NCBI GenBank assembly: GCA_011109175.1
Contig: RDEW01000004.1
Coordinates: 1,569,591-1,633,590, forward strand
Length of the DNA stretch: 64,000 nt
DNA from: Dicyema japonicum
Taxonomy: Eukaryota; Animalia; Dicyemida
Reading direction: 5' to 3'
Made by a program: the position numbers and the translations under genes. Shown here one piece after another: positions 14,847 through 26,961 of the stretch (position 1 is its first letter; each line of letters starts with the position of its first letter). The notes below the pieces were generated by a model. The model saw nothing but the letters and a program-made list of their open reading frames with translations. It ran no database searches and had not been told where the DNA came from.

Positions 14847-17645
14847 CGAGAACGCATTAATACGTGCTTTATGGTTGGTTGAATGTCACGTAACTCACCA
14901 AACTGGCGACATTTTAAAGAAAAGAGTTATACTGCTTCTATCCTACAAGGATGGACTGACAAGGACTGACTGTCTCTTTGTGGAGACGTCGAATCGAACC
15001 TCGGCTCCCTAAAGATCATGCAAATAATATAAACGGGATCAAATATAAGATTATCGAAAAATATCGAATTGACGTCCATCTATTATAAGAATCCAAACTC
15101 AGAAGTGCGAACACAACTACAAAATTTCCTGGATACTCAGTTATCCGAGAGATAGATGTGGAAAACTTGGGGAGGCTTACTAACTATCATACGAAACGGG
15201 ATCCCTTATGAAAATATCACCAAATACGTCTACAACCGCCTCCAAAACCATGAAAGTATCGAAATTCTGGCCACAAAAATCCAACTCCCAAGTTACGTCT
15301 TACTCTGATCAATTCATATCTACCTCCTTCATCATCAGCCACTTGCCCAAAACTTTCGTCGATCAATTCATTAAGGAACGTTTTTCTTTGCGGTGACCAA
15401 AATACAAACACCTCTGGCTGAGAGATTAGACGTCAAACAGGCGGAGAGACATGCTAATCGAAGACTTAAGAACCTTTTTCATCTAAACGACCCTAACTTT
15501 CACACAAGAACCTCTCAAGACAAAATGATAACCATCATTCCTTGATGTTTTAGTCGCGTCTCCCCTTCTGGCTTCTTCAATTTCATGGAGGGTGAAATAA
15601 GAAACTATGAGTGATCATAATCCGATCATTTTACAAATAAAAACAAGATCATATTATCGAAGGTCACTCTCTACTTTGATAAACTATAATCTTGCTGACT
15701 GGCCAAGATTTTCGAGCTATATTGACATGCAGATCAAGTTATCAACACTACATGCAGCCTCATTACTAAACAACATCATAAAGCAGTTCTCTTGTTCATT
15801 CAAGATGCTAGAAAATTATATATTCCAATGGGAGACAACCGACAAACAGGCATTCAATTCAACAGCCAAACATTTAGTCAAAGAAAGAAACTATTTAAAA
15901 AAAAAAGACAGTCGAAAGGATATAATAAGAAGTCGTACACTAAACAAGGAGATTAATAAATATATCAGTAAAACAAACGAGAAACGCTGGACAGAACTAT
16001 CAAAAGCCCTAGCAAAAAATCCTCAGTACAGAAGGTCTTGAACAAAATCAAGTCTATCAAAAGGTCTTTTGATGAACCGCAAAATGGGATATCATTACAA
16101 CAAACACCTTAATGAAATAGTATGCTTCCATAGCACATAAAAACTACTCCAAAGAACACCAAGTATCTTAAACAGAATAAAACCAAAAGGATCATACGTG
16201 TGGACCATATTTACGGCGAAGGACGTCCAGTGGGAATATCAAAGGCCCGAAACTCCAAAGCTCGAGGTCCAGACAAAATTTCTACAACGGAACTAAAGCA
16301 TCTAGGACCTCTTGCTCTAGATTTAATTGCTTACATATTCACAATATTAATAAATATGAACATTATTTCGGATGTCTGGAAGGAGATCATACAGTCGAAC
16401 CAATCTTGAAGCAGGAAAATCCGAAAATAACCGCCTCTTCCTACAGACTAATCTCGATCCATGTTCACTTTCCCGAATACTCGAAAGGTTAGTTATTGAA
16501 AATATCAAAGACTACATCCCACCTCTCTCCTTTCTAACATGGATTCCGGGCTCCACAGCAACATGCCTGAACATCCTTGTGCCAGTTCATTGCGGAGGGA
16601 TTCAATTCCACTAAACCGCACCAACGAAAGTTTGGTCTCTGTTGGTATAAACAAAGGCTTTTCGGACACAGTCTCAAGAAAACTCTTACTGAGAAAATTA
16701 ACGATACATGCATCCACCCAAATATAAAACTATGGATTGCCAACTTCTTAAGTGGGAGACTTGGACAAGTGATTTGCCAATAACATAAAGTCAAAAAACC
16801 CCGTCTCCTACCAAAATGGAGTCCCTCAAGGCTCCCCACTATCACCCAACTCCTTCAATCTATACATAAACGACATGCCAACAAAACCTGTAATGAAACT
16901 GTCTAATCCTCTCCTATGCCCAACGATATCATTCTTGCCTCCGAGAACAGAAGCATTCATCAGCGACTCAGTTGGCTCAACAAATGCTCGACAACCTGGA
17001 ACTATGGCTCTCGAAGCGGAGAGACTCGACACATCAGCAGCAAAGTCCTTTGTCACACTGTTTACCACCTACAAGAGACAGCTCTGTATCGAACCAAAAG
17101 TCTTTATGAAGAACGAAGCTATCTCTATTAACAAAACACTAAAGATTCTGGGAGTAACCTTTGATCAGGGACTCACTTCTGCTCTGAAGAAAGAATTTTA
17201 AAAGTGATATCAAAAACACTTAGAGACCTGCCACGTTTTATGAACAATTTATCTGACCCACGATAACGTATGCAAGTCCTTCGTGGGCAATGCAGATTTC
17301 ACGATCCTCCTCATTGAAACTATCCGCAATCGAGGATACCGCAATAAGGATAATTGGACCAGAACACAAAATCCAACCCATTGAAAATCTCTTAATCGAA
17401 TTACAACGGAAACTCTTAAAGAAGGCTAGTTTACCGAGCAGCCCTCTATTCCATACACTATCGAAATATATACAATCATACAGAAATTTTGAGCCGATGC
17501 CATGTCCAATTTGAAGAGCTGTTCAGGATTCTCGACCGCACCGGACTCGTCCTCTCCCTTGTCGGTCTGGGATCACTTAGTTAGTTGAGAACTTTTTATT
17601 TCTTTCTCTTTGACCCAGTAATCCTGGAGGTAATAATAAAAAAAA
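14847..17645 (+). mobile_element. Full-length but decayed ORF1-less Vingi/Ingi-like LINE (copy A, about 2.8 kb): 2A-like motif, APE, RT
   Basis: TSD agtttgactat at 14836-14846 and 17646-17656; GDVESNLGS then LKIMQI (APE start), SDHNPI, GVPQGSPLSP; TAA/A tail; no RNase H seen. Confidence 0.85.
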
Positions 17646-18899
17646 AGTTTGACTATTATAGCATTCGTAGTTTCTGACGGACTGGCAGCAAAGTTCCTGA
17701 TTGAGTGGATTACTGCTTCGCATCCATGAGGAATTCCAACTCCAAGTTGAGTAGGTCTCAGTTGGGGACTTAGAGTCTGGCTCGCTGCTCTAGCAGCAAT
17801 CTTCGCCGTCAGGCGCCTAAATACGTTGCCTATGGCGATGGGTCAAAACCCACCACAAGGCTTTCTGAAGGCAATCAGTTTGGATGCAAAAAGGAGTCCT
17901 CTGGCATAGTCGGAGATATCATCCCGAAGAATGGGGTCTGTAAGGGTCTTTATTGAATTAATGAAGGAATTTCCCACATCGGCGGTTGTGGAAGAAATAA
18001 GGTCTTTCATATGGCTCGAGCGTATGCCGTCCTAGCCAGCACTACTGATTCCTGAGAAGATGAAATAGCAGATCGTATATCACCTGTGGTGGTTGCCAAA
18101 TGTGAAATGTCCTTCTCAATTTTTGTCTCGCGTAGATCCGACAGGTTGGGTGTTGTTTTTGGATAATGAGTTCGAGGGTTTCTTTAGTTGGTATAAGAAC
18201 CTTGACATTGCTGGAGAGCGTACGCAGGGCACCCCGAATGTTCCCGACCATGACCTTCTTATTCACTTCTTTGCGTATATCCTATTTGTTTTTCTTGATC
18301 CTGGAGGATGAGGGCAAATGATCAGCAATCGAATGACTTCGCCCAGTGCAGTCGCCAGGTTAACAGTATCGCATTTAGAGGCATTTCTCTTGATGATTAA
18401 ATTGAGGTTCCCTTATTTTCAGTTCGGTTGGATGTGATCCAAAGACAAGAGGTGCAAAGCAGAGAAGGTGTATTCAGGCATCTTGAATATTGTCATCGTC
18501 CTCCTTGGTAATTAGATTTCTCCACTGTCTCTGGAATCCTTAATCCATAAAAACTGAGGGGTATGCAACTATGAGGATCGGGTTTATACGGCCGATACGT
18601 GCTTTTATGGGTTAATAGGAGGAGCATAGGGCCAAGATGAGGTCTCTGCTAAAGCGTGTTGGGATAACGTGAATAGTTCGATGCTACCGTGGTTTTTGTT
18701 ATCTTTCATTTCATTTTAAGCATAGAGCTTTAATTTTTTTACATGCTGGACTTGGTTGATTTTGTTCTATTTAATGGCAGACTCCTCAGATCACAAATGT
18801 GGTCGCTCTTCCTCAGTACTCATAATATTTATTTTCTACCATGAAAATATTTAGTACTGAAACAAACTATTTAACAAGTTTCCTCCGAAAATAAGTGAC

Positions 18900-19110
18900 T
18901 CCAAATCAATACGGTGTACGAAGTGAACTTGCAAAGTTAAGATATGGGCATCACCTAATTCTCCGCTTATAGTCTTATGGAATTGGGTAAACAAAAATCC
19001 AATCTGTCTGCCAAGCAACTCCGCTGAAGAGACAACAGAATATTTACTCATCTGCAGCCTTCGGGATCCTTACTGGAATAGTTTAAGAAGAACGACGTTC
19101 TCTGATTAAA
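18900..19110 (+). mobile_element. Vingi-like C-terminal fragment
   Basis: RSELAKLRYGHHLIL matches the LARLRCGHH motif of the 41.4-41.8 kb fragment. Confidence 0.55.
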
Positions 19111-20109
19111 TTGAGAATTTATTCTTAGTCTAAAAGTGTGAATGTACTAGCCTTCATTTCTACCTGTCGAGAGCAATGACATACTTCAAGTGCGTAAAAG
19201 GATGTCTAGGAGAGTCGGAAACAGCCGAAATTGGAAGAATTTCTGCAGTCTGAACGAGACATACTCTGTTTTCCATATTAATTCAGGATGAAAACTCTTT
19301 TTGGGGCACAATTTTTTGCGCGTTAATGTATTCTTTTATTATTTTTTCTTCACATCAGTGTATTACATATTTTTTCATGGGAGTCTATAAAGTGAAATTG
19401 ATTTTTTCTCAAATCCACCGCTTTTTCTAGTACAAAAATGGTTAATTCGAGTGTTCTTACTGTATACTTAAATTATTCAAATTCGTCACCTTCGAAATTC
19501 TCAAATTGATTGATTCAAGAAAGTGTTAAATTTTAGCTGAATATATGGTTTCACAGAATCGAATTATTTTAAACGTTAATTTTTTTTAGAATTTTCCATT
19601 TTTAGTTTAACATCAAATAGAGCCCTCTTTTTCCTCACTCAGAATTACTAAGTGCTTCTTAAAATTTATGTTTGTATTCTACGCATATACTCTCAAGCAT
19701 TTTCTTTAGTGAATTGATCAATTTTTTGATATCCACAACACTTTTTACTGTATTTGCACCATTTCAAAGTTCTTAAAAATAGGATACTAAGCTATCGCAG
19801 GTTAGAACGATAATCAATGTCATCATTTTTGCTTTGTTAGTTATTTCTTGTTCACTAGTTAATAAATCGTAGTTATGAAGTTTTGTCACTTCAACGGACT
19901 TCAAATTCTCCAAGAAGTCACTTTCATTTCGAGTTTCAATATATCACATTTACTTAATCCTATCATTATTGCAAAAAATATTCTGAAATCACAAATTAGA
20001 ATCTTATCAAATCATATTTTTAACGATTCATTAATTTAATATCGATTATTAAATTTTTAATGAAATTAATTATGTATATCATTGCAACAGTCTATATCAA
20101 AATAATTAA

Positions 20110-20330
20110 ATCAATATAGGGAGCTCAAATCGCCATGCTGTTACCTCTGACAATAGCTATCGAGATTAGCTCTCGAAGCCATCCAGTCTCATTTAGATCC
20201 TTGGTGACCCTTTGGAACATTGAGCTGATCCGACGAACTAGATCAACCGCTTGTTGGGTTAAGGATTCCTAATGTCTCAACAGCAAATGGGACAAACAAG
20301 TAATCTGCCGAAATGTTTCAGTACTTCCTT
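20110..20330 (-). mobile_element. CRE-like 3-prime fragment (same subfamily as 29240-29430 on +)
   Basis: The two copies share gagactggatggcttc..gagc..atctcgatagctatt.tcagagg.aacag. Confidence 0.7.
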
Positions 20331-20894
20331 CTGTTTATTATTTCAATTTCGATTCGTATACTTTCATTCTTATGAATAGAATTTAATTTATTATCCCCGG
20401 AATCAAAAGAAAGAGGACGAGATTTATCGTCAAGTTAAACGATTCTGGTGTTCTCCTGCCGTTAGTTTTGGAGTCCTGGATTAATCCCACAAAGAGGTTT
20501 CTTCTCGTATCTTGGGCAGACGTCGGATATTGTTAGGTGTAGTAAGATAAATTTTTATATGAAATATTGATGGTTGATTTTCAGCCGTTTAAATTTAGAA
20601 AATAAGTTTGAAAATCAAATTAATTTAATGGGCAGACATTACTATCAAATTATAGGCTCGTTTAATCAATTTTAGTCGATTAAATTGGCATAACTTAAAA
20701 TATGACCTTAACATTCAAACTTATACGTCATCGTTAAAACAAAAGATTTTACGTATAAATGTGTTCTTAAATTTTATTTAAAGAAATAAAGCATTTATGT
20801 CAGAATGTGCGCTTTATTGATTATTTGCTATAGCGACGCTTAACCGTCACGTATAATAAATTAAATATGCGGGCGTAACCAAAAATATTAAAAG

Positions 20895-22077
20895 ATGGAG
20901 GCTCTGTATCAAAGTTTTAAAAAAACTGAATCAAAATGCTTGCTAAAGAAATATTTGACTCCAGAATTGTATAATTCACTCAAGAATTTAAAGACATCAT
21001 ATGGGGGAGAGCTTTCACATTGTATAACACCTGGTATTTCTTTCTAAATATGATAGGACTTGTCAATACTGACTGTTGCATTGGAATGTATGCTTGTGAT
21101 CCCGAAGGATATAAAACATTTGGCCCACTTATAAACTTAATCATCAAAGATTATCACAAAGTTTAAAGATATTCACTGATTTTTAGATTCCCGGAGAGAT
21201 TAAGCATCCCAAACCAAATTTTGGCGATTTAAATAATTTGCCTTTCGGAAATCTGGACCCGAACAACGAATATGTCATTTCAACACGAGTTAGAGTTGGA
21301 CGTACTCTTGAAGGAAGACCTTTCCCTCCTCTGCTCACTGAACAAGTATTATTTTTTTATGGAATTTTTCTTAAAGAATAGAATGGATATGGAAGCTGAT
21401 GTCAAGAAAGTGTTCGCAAAATTCACAGGCGTTCACGCAGGGAAGTATTATGCTTTATCAAGCATGACCAAAGACGAAGAAAAACAACTTATAGAAGACC
21501 ATTTTCTTTTTCAAGATGATAACAAGTTGGCGTTCTAATAATTTTTAAGATTCCTTCGAGCTGCATGTGGATATAATTTTTGGCCTTCTGGGCGAGGAAT
21601 TTATCATAACGATTCTAAGACTTTCTTAGTTTGGGTTAACGAAGAAGATCATTTGAGAATTATTTCAATGCAGAAAGGTGGAAATTTGGCTGAAGTCTAT
21701 AAAAGACTTATTGAAGTATTAAATTCTAATTTTTTGAGGGAGTGAATAAATTTGGAGAAAATGGAATGAACTTTGCACATTCCGATAATTTAGGATACTT
21801 AACATATTGCCCAACCAATTTAGGAACTACGATTAGAGCTTCCGTGCACATCAAAATACCATGGCTTAGTTCTCAGCCAAATTTCAAAGAGATTTGTGAA
21901 AAATTGATGGTTCAACCACGTGGAGTTCATGGAGAACACACAGAAAGTGTGGGCGGAGTTTATGATATTTCAAACAAAAGAAGATTAGGAATTTCTGAGA
22001 TTGATGTGGTGACTGAAATGGCTGAAGGAGTTAAGAAGATAATACAAATGGAATCATCTAAATCAGTCAACGTTTAA
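20895..22077 (+). CDS. AK: Arginine kinase (phosphagen kinase); introns 21034-21056, 21161-21186, 21346-21376, 21526-21549, 21716-21738
   Basis: Uninterrupted spliced frame with [50 protein letters not shown] and CPTNLGT; TAA at 22075-22077. Confidence 0.95.
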
Positions 22078-23389
22078 TTTCATTAATCTTCTAATTCTAA
22101 CTTGTTTCGGTTTTACTTAACAGGATTTTAATTTTTTCTCAAAATATGGATTCTATCTGATTTTTTGTTTTCTATTATCAATACCTGTCGATATTATATA
22201 TAATTGGGCCATTGTGTCTAAGTGTGGTACTTTAGTAGCAATTATATTGACATATCGATTGAATATAAATATTTAAATGGGTGATATTTTGAAAAAATAC
22301 TGCATCTTTCATATTTTTCATGAATATATAGATTATCTTAAAAGTCTTATCTTTAAAAAATTATCGATTGTTGTTATTCCTATCTTGTAAGTGTCTAAAA
22401 TTTTACGTCAACCCTTAATTAATTATTAAGTCTACTCCATTCGCTTATACTGAAAAAACACAATGCAAGGAGCTTTTTTCAGAAAATATGTTTTACGATA
22501 TTGAATGGTTACCACACTAAAGAACTGTGCCTACAGAGACTTATTACAAGCAACAAAAAAGAAAAGAGATTAAGAACATTCTTGATGCCGTGGGCCCCTC
22601 CCTACAATCAATTATCATAACTGTTCTTTCCTTCTAGAGATGTACCCTGTTCAAGTGGAGATTTAGTATTGGAAACATAACTACGCTTATACGAATGGGC
22701 TATTATTATATTGAAGGACAATTTCAATATATTTTGAGTACCTTCGAGTTTTAATGAAAAATTTAATTTTTTTATTTATCGATAGACATAGCCAAGTAAT
22801 TAATCAAAAGATTATCTTTGATTAATCAATTTAATAAAATAAGCTTAAGTCAAAACCGCATAAATTCCACATAAAAGATGACATTAAAAAATTAATACTG
22901 ATGAACCCAATTGAAGGTTATTTAATCCCCCCAGTAATTAGTTAGTTTAACTGTTTTTGAGCAAATATTCATTTTTGAATCCATACTGGAACTGTTTATC
23001 AGGAAGAATTTCCTTGACTTTCACAAAGACAAGCCTCCCCAAATTTTAGACATTGAGCATAGAGAAGAAACTAGCCTGAATGAAGCTGGGGTTTTTTTCG
23101 GTTTTCTCATCTTCAGTAATCAATTATGACTTATATACAAATTATGAACTTTTGTCAGTGTGACAATTCGCTCTTTCCCAAGATTTTTCAGGAATATGAT
23201 ACGAATCCCTTGTGCTCCATGTGAATGTTTAAACTTTTCTGACTCTGGATTTCTTTAAGTTTTTTCTGTGAAATCCATTTTCGATTTTCTTAATAATTGG
23301 TGAGAGCTTCAGTCTTTGTGCGCAATTTTTATTCAGTATTTTAGGTCCTTTTGGCTGCTGTTGTCGTCTTCGGGTGGCCTTTTTTACTC

Positions 23390-23700
23390 GAGATGGTACG
23401 AATTACTTTCCAGACTACGGCTGTCAATTGATTGCGGTTTAAAGCCGTAAGATCGCGCATCCATTTTGTTCTCGGTATTTTGAATTCTTTAGACGATGCC
23501 TTCCTTCGGGAGAAAGTCTTCCCACCACTTTGAGACGATTTCTTTCTTTCTATGACTCCATGCCTAGTGGTATAACTAGTGTGTTTTTTTAAGGGAAAGC
23601 CGTAGATCTTGGTTCCAGAATGACATTATTGATATATGCGATCGCCTTCTCAATGTAGGTGAACTTTTCAGATGCAAATCAGTTAAAGGAATCTCCGTAA
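23390..23700 (-). mobile_element. RTE-like 3-prime fragment
   Basis: KIPRTKWMRDLTALNRNQLTAVVW resembles RTE C-termini. Confidence 0.45.
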
Positions 23701-23814
23701 AATCCAACAAGAGTAGCCAGTTAGCCTCATACAAGTATGTCACCTACTTACAATGTAGTGTCTTCATTATAATCACGTGTCAATTCCACATGTTTTTTAG
23801 AAGTCAAGATAAAT

Positions 23815-24090
23815 TCATTAACCTAAACCTTAACACTAAGAACTAACCCTATACCTAATACTAAACCCTAATTCTACATTAATCTTGTCCCTTTACCAAC
23901 TATAATTCTAATCTCAACCATAACCATGCCTAAGTCTAATCCCTTCCGTAACCATACCTAAGTTTTAATTTTATCTTTAACCATGCATAAGTCTAATCTC
24001 AATCCAAATCATGAAGTCTATCCCATCCCTAAACATACCTAAGTTTAACCACAATCCTAATCAATACCAAAATCTAATCTCCACATTAGC
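23815..24090 (+). repeat. Degenerate C/A-rich tandem repeat with hexamer-like (CCTAAY) and about 28-29 bp periodicity
   Basis: Units taaccatRcctaagtYtaat start at 23921, 23949 and 23978, with weaker copies near 24005 and 24030; strong G-poor strand asymmetry. Confidence 0.7.
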
Positions 24091-24419
24091 CAAAAAAGAT
24101 CAAAAAAATTTTCGAAAGTGAACAATCATCCAAAACAGTCGTTTTATTCTGCTCGGTGGACTATCATGGTTTGTGAGTTACCACCATCTATATGCATCAT
24201 ATGCTCTTGTATGCCAACTACTTTTAAATTGTAGTGTTTAAGTGCTCATATACACAGCATTTTCTTGTCGATGGATTGAAATCACACTTTCTGGAAAGCG
24301 ACGTATCAAGAAATTCTTTTTCTGAATACTCAAATGTCTGGCACAATTTATCCCTGTTCAACCTGAACTTTAAAACTACTCATGATTAAATTTATTTTTT
24401 TTAGAATTTTATTAAATTT

Positions 24420-25000
24420 ATTCTATTATAAAATTCATTCTATCCCTCAAGGATCTCCACTGTCACCACACCTGTTCAACCTATTCCTAAATGATTTGCT
24501 ATCCCTTACCAGTGACGATACTCTGGTTCTGACATATGCGGATGATGTAATCGTCGCAGTCAAAGACCAGTGCGTTCATACTGCTCTATACCGGCTACAA
24601 GCTTCATTGGACGATCTGAACATTCTACATACACTCCCGAAAAGTCTTATACAACAATTTTCACAACAAACAGAAGATTGACAAACTTCGCTCCATGTGT
24701 AACCATAAATGGAAACTCAATCCCCACGACCAACTCGGTCAAGATATGGGGCGTAACATACGACCCACTCTTGACCTTCAGCAAACACATCGACAACGTC
24801 ATCTTCGCGGCACAATGAATTTTGTTAAAACATTCCTTTGACAATATAATAGGTGTTTCACCTCAAATTTGGACTTGCTCTACGTGCAGTTTATTCAACC
24901 GTCTCTAACTTACGGATGTGCTGCATGGGGAACCAAACTATCAAACGCGAATATGGAAAAAATCAATACATTCCAAAAAATGGCCAGTAAGGCTCTGAAA
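24420..25000 (+). mobile_element. Vingi-like RT fragment
   Basis: IPQGSPLSPHLFNLFLND, TYADD and GVTYDPLLTFSKHID. Confidence 0.8.
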
Positions 25001-25794
25001 AAACTTTCCCAGACACCTCTTAACCCTACACCATTTTAAGAATTAGTGAGGAAAACCTTGCTACCCCCAAAAAGTTAGAAACCCCGCCCATTCCGGAAAT
25101 GCGTTGGAACCCGGGAGGAACACCGAGCAAGAATGAGATGGCCAGTCGAGGCCACCGGAATCACCTGACGGTTATTTAATTTGTCGGTGATTTTTGGTTT
25201 TAATAATAATTCTATTATAACGAAAGAAAAGAGAGTAAATGGTCATATAACGGCTGCCCTGACTGCTTGGCTATTCCCTCTCAGGATGGCGAGCAAGATT
25301 CGCTCAAATAACCAGCAGCGCTCACGAGGGTTTTATTAAATTAAAAACTCAAGAAAAGAAACTCGAATAGAATAACATTTTTATTAAAGACCAAGACATA
25401 GCGATAGTTATTGGGGATTACGTTATTAAAATTCCTGCTGTGAAGCCTGGATTCTTTCGTAGTTTTCTTTAAAAAATAAAGATAAACGTCTCCTTCAAAT
25501 CGAGTTTTCACAGACACAGAACTGCTTGGTAAGCCTTTTTCTTCTTCATTTTGGCACATTCAGCATAATCTCTTCTACATCCAAAACAGACACCCAAATA
25601 ACACAGATGATCAACATTGCTGATACCACTCCATGAGTGCTGCTGGCTATTTGAGCGAATCTCACTAGCCATCATGAGAGACTAAGTCAGTAAATTTATT
25701 ACAAAGAAAGACTAAATCAGTAAATTTAACAAAATCTAGAGCCGAATGACATTAAAATAAAACTCAAAATTTTAGAAAATAATGATTTTATAGA

Positions 25795-26862
25795 TTACAT
25801 ATTATTAGTGCAAAACCACATTCCATTTACTTCTTTCCATATATCAACCTGTAAAATAAAAAGATATAAATATAACAAAATTGTCTCCACTTGTAACAGC
25901 AAGAGTATTGGACATTGGAGACCACGAAACATGCCAAGCAGTGTCTTTAGTTTCATATAACAACATTGAACACCAGTCGTCATCAATCTGACGACGCGAG
26001 AAAATATAAACAGAGCGAGCGACCCTTAAGAAATTGTAACAAACTAAATACAGAGCAGGCAGCAATTGTAGTTGAAAATAGACCAACGGAAGGAGACCAA
26101 GCGACATCTCTCACGATTACTCCACTTTGGCAATTAAGTGTTTTTTCCAAGTTCCAAATTCCATTTTCCCCAAAACTAAAAAATCATAGATAAACGCTAT
26201 ACTTCCAAATACAAACAGAACCGTCATAACCAGCTGTAGCTAGCTTTCGTATAACTTCCGTATTTCCATTTTTATCAGGAAAATAAGGTGGAGACCAACT
26301 GATGGCCATTGAACCGCCCTGGCGAGTATTAAAACTTTTAATCTCCCATTTTTCGTCAATTGAGCATTCCAATATGAAAACGGTTCCGTTAGCACAAATT
26401 GCGGATAAAACACAACCGAGGACGTAAGGACCGAAACTCGCACAATTAACTGTACTAATAAAATGAAAACCAGGAGATTCAAGGTTAAATTTTTTAACAC
26501 AAATCCATTTGAAATTTTCCTCTCTCCAAATTATCAAATGTCTATCATAACTGCAGCTAGCCAAAAGCGGGCCAAACATTGGATGTGACCACGAAACCTT
26601 AAAAACAGGTCCTTGGTGACTATTTTTCAATATTTTAAATAACCTTTTCAAATCTGCGCTCAAAACCGGCTCTTTTCCTTCCTCCATGTTAAATATTTTA
26701 ACTGTATTGTCAGATGAGCAAGTAGCCATTCGAGTGTTATTAATGGTTACTTGGACATCATGCTTAGAAATAACTTGCACTCTTACAATAATATCATTAT
26801 GGTTTGTCCCAAAGGAAGATGTTTCAGGCATCTATGAAAAAATTAAAGACGCACAATACCAT
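25795..26862 (-). CDS. SEC13: COPII/nucleoporin WD40 protein SEC13; multiple 19-28 nt introns; one apparent +1 base at the C3 run 26023-26025
   Basis: HNDIIHDVQ..RMATCSSDNTVKIF, HQGPVFKVSWSHPMFGPLLASCSYDR, VRDVAWSP and [26 protein letters not shown]. Confidence 0.93.
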
Positions 26863-26961
26863 TTTCTGTATGAATTTAAAAATAAATTATATTAAAAATA
26901 ATATAATTCATAAAATTTTAAACTTATCAATAAAATTTCCCGTTAAAATATTTTTGTTTAA

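Larger units (their letters stand above)
13200..18560 (-). mobile_element. Decayed CRE-like retrotransposon hosting two nested insertions (14026-14312 and 14847-17645)
   Basis: After removing the inserts the frame runs RPIAIGNVFRRL..TQLGVG..GCEAVIH..IVKLGICNAFNSIRRD..GVQQGDPLGPALF..GAWLRALPC. Confidence 0.85.

Noticed and set aside
25279-25682. About 50-bp inverted repeat pair suggesting a MITE
   Set aside because: Both arms encode the CRE RLE end (ERILLAILRGNS and ERISLAIMR), so they are two retrotransposon fragments in opposite orientation.
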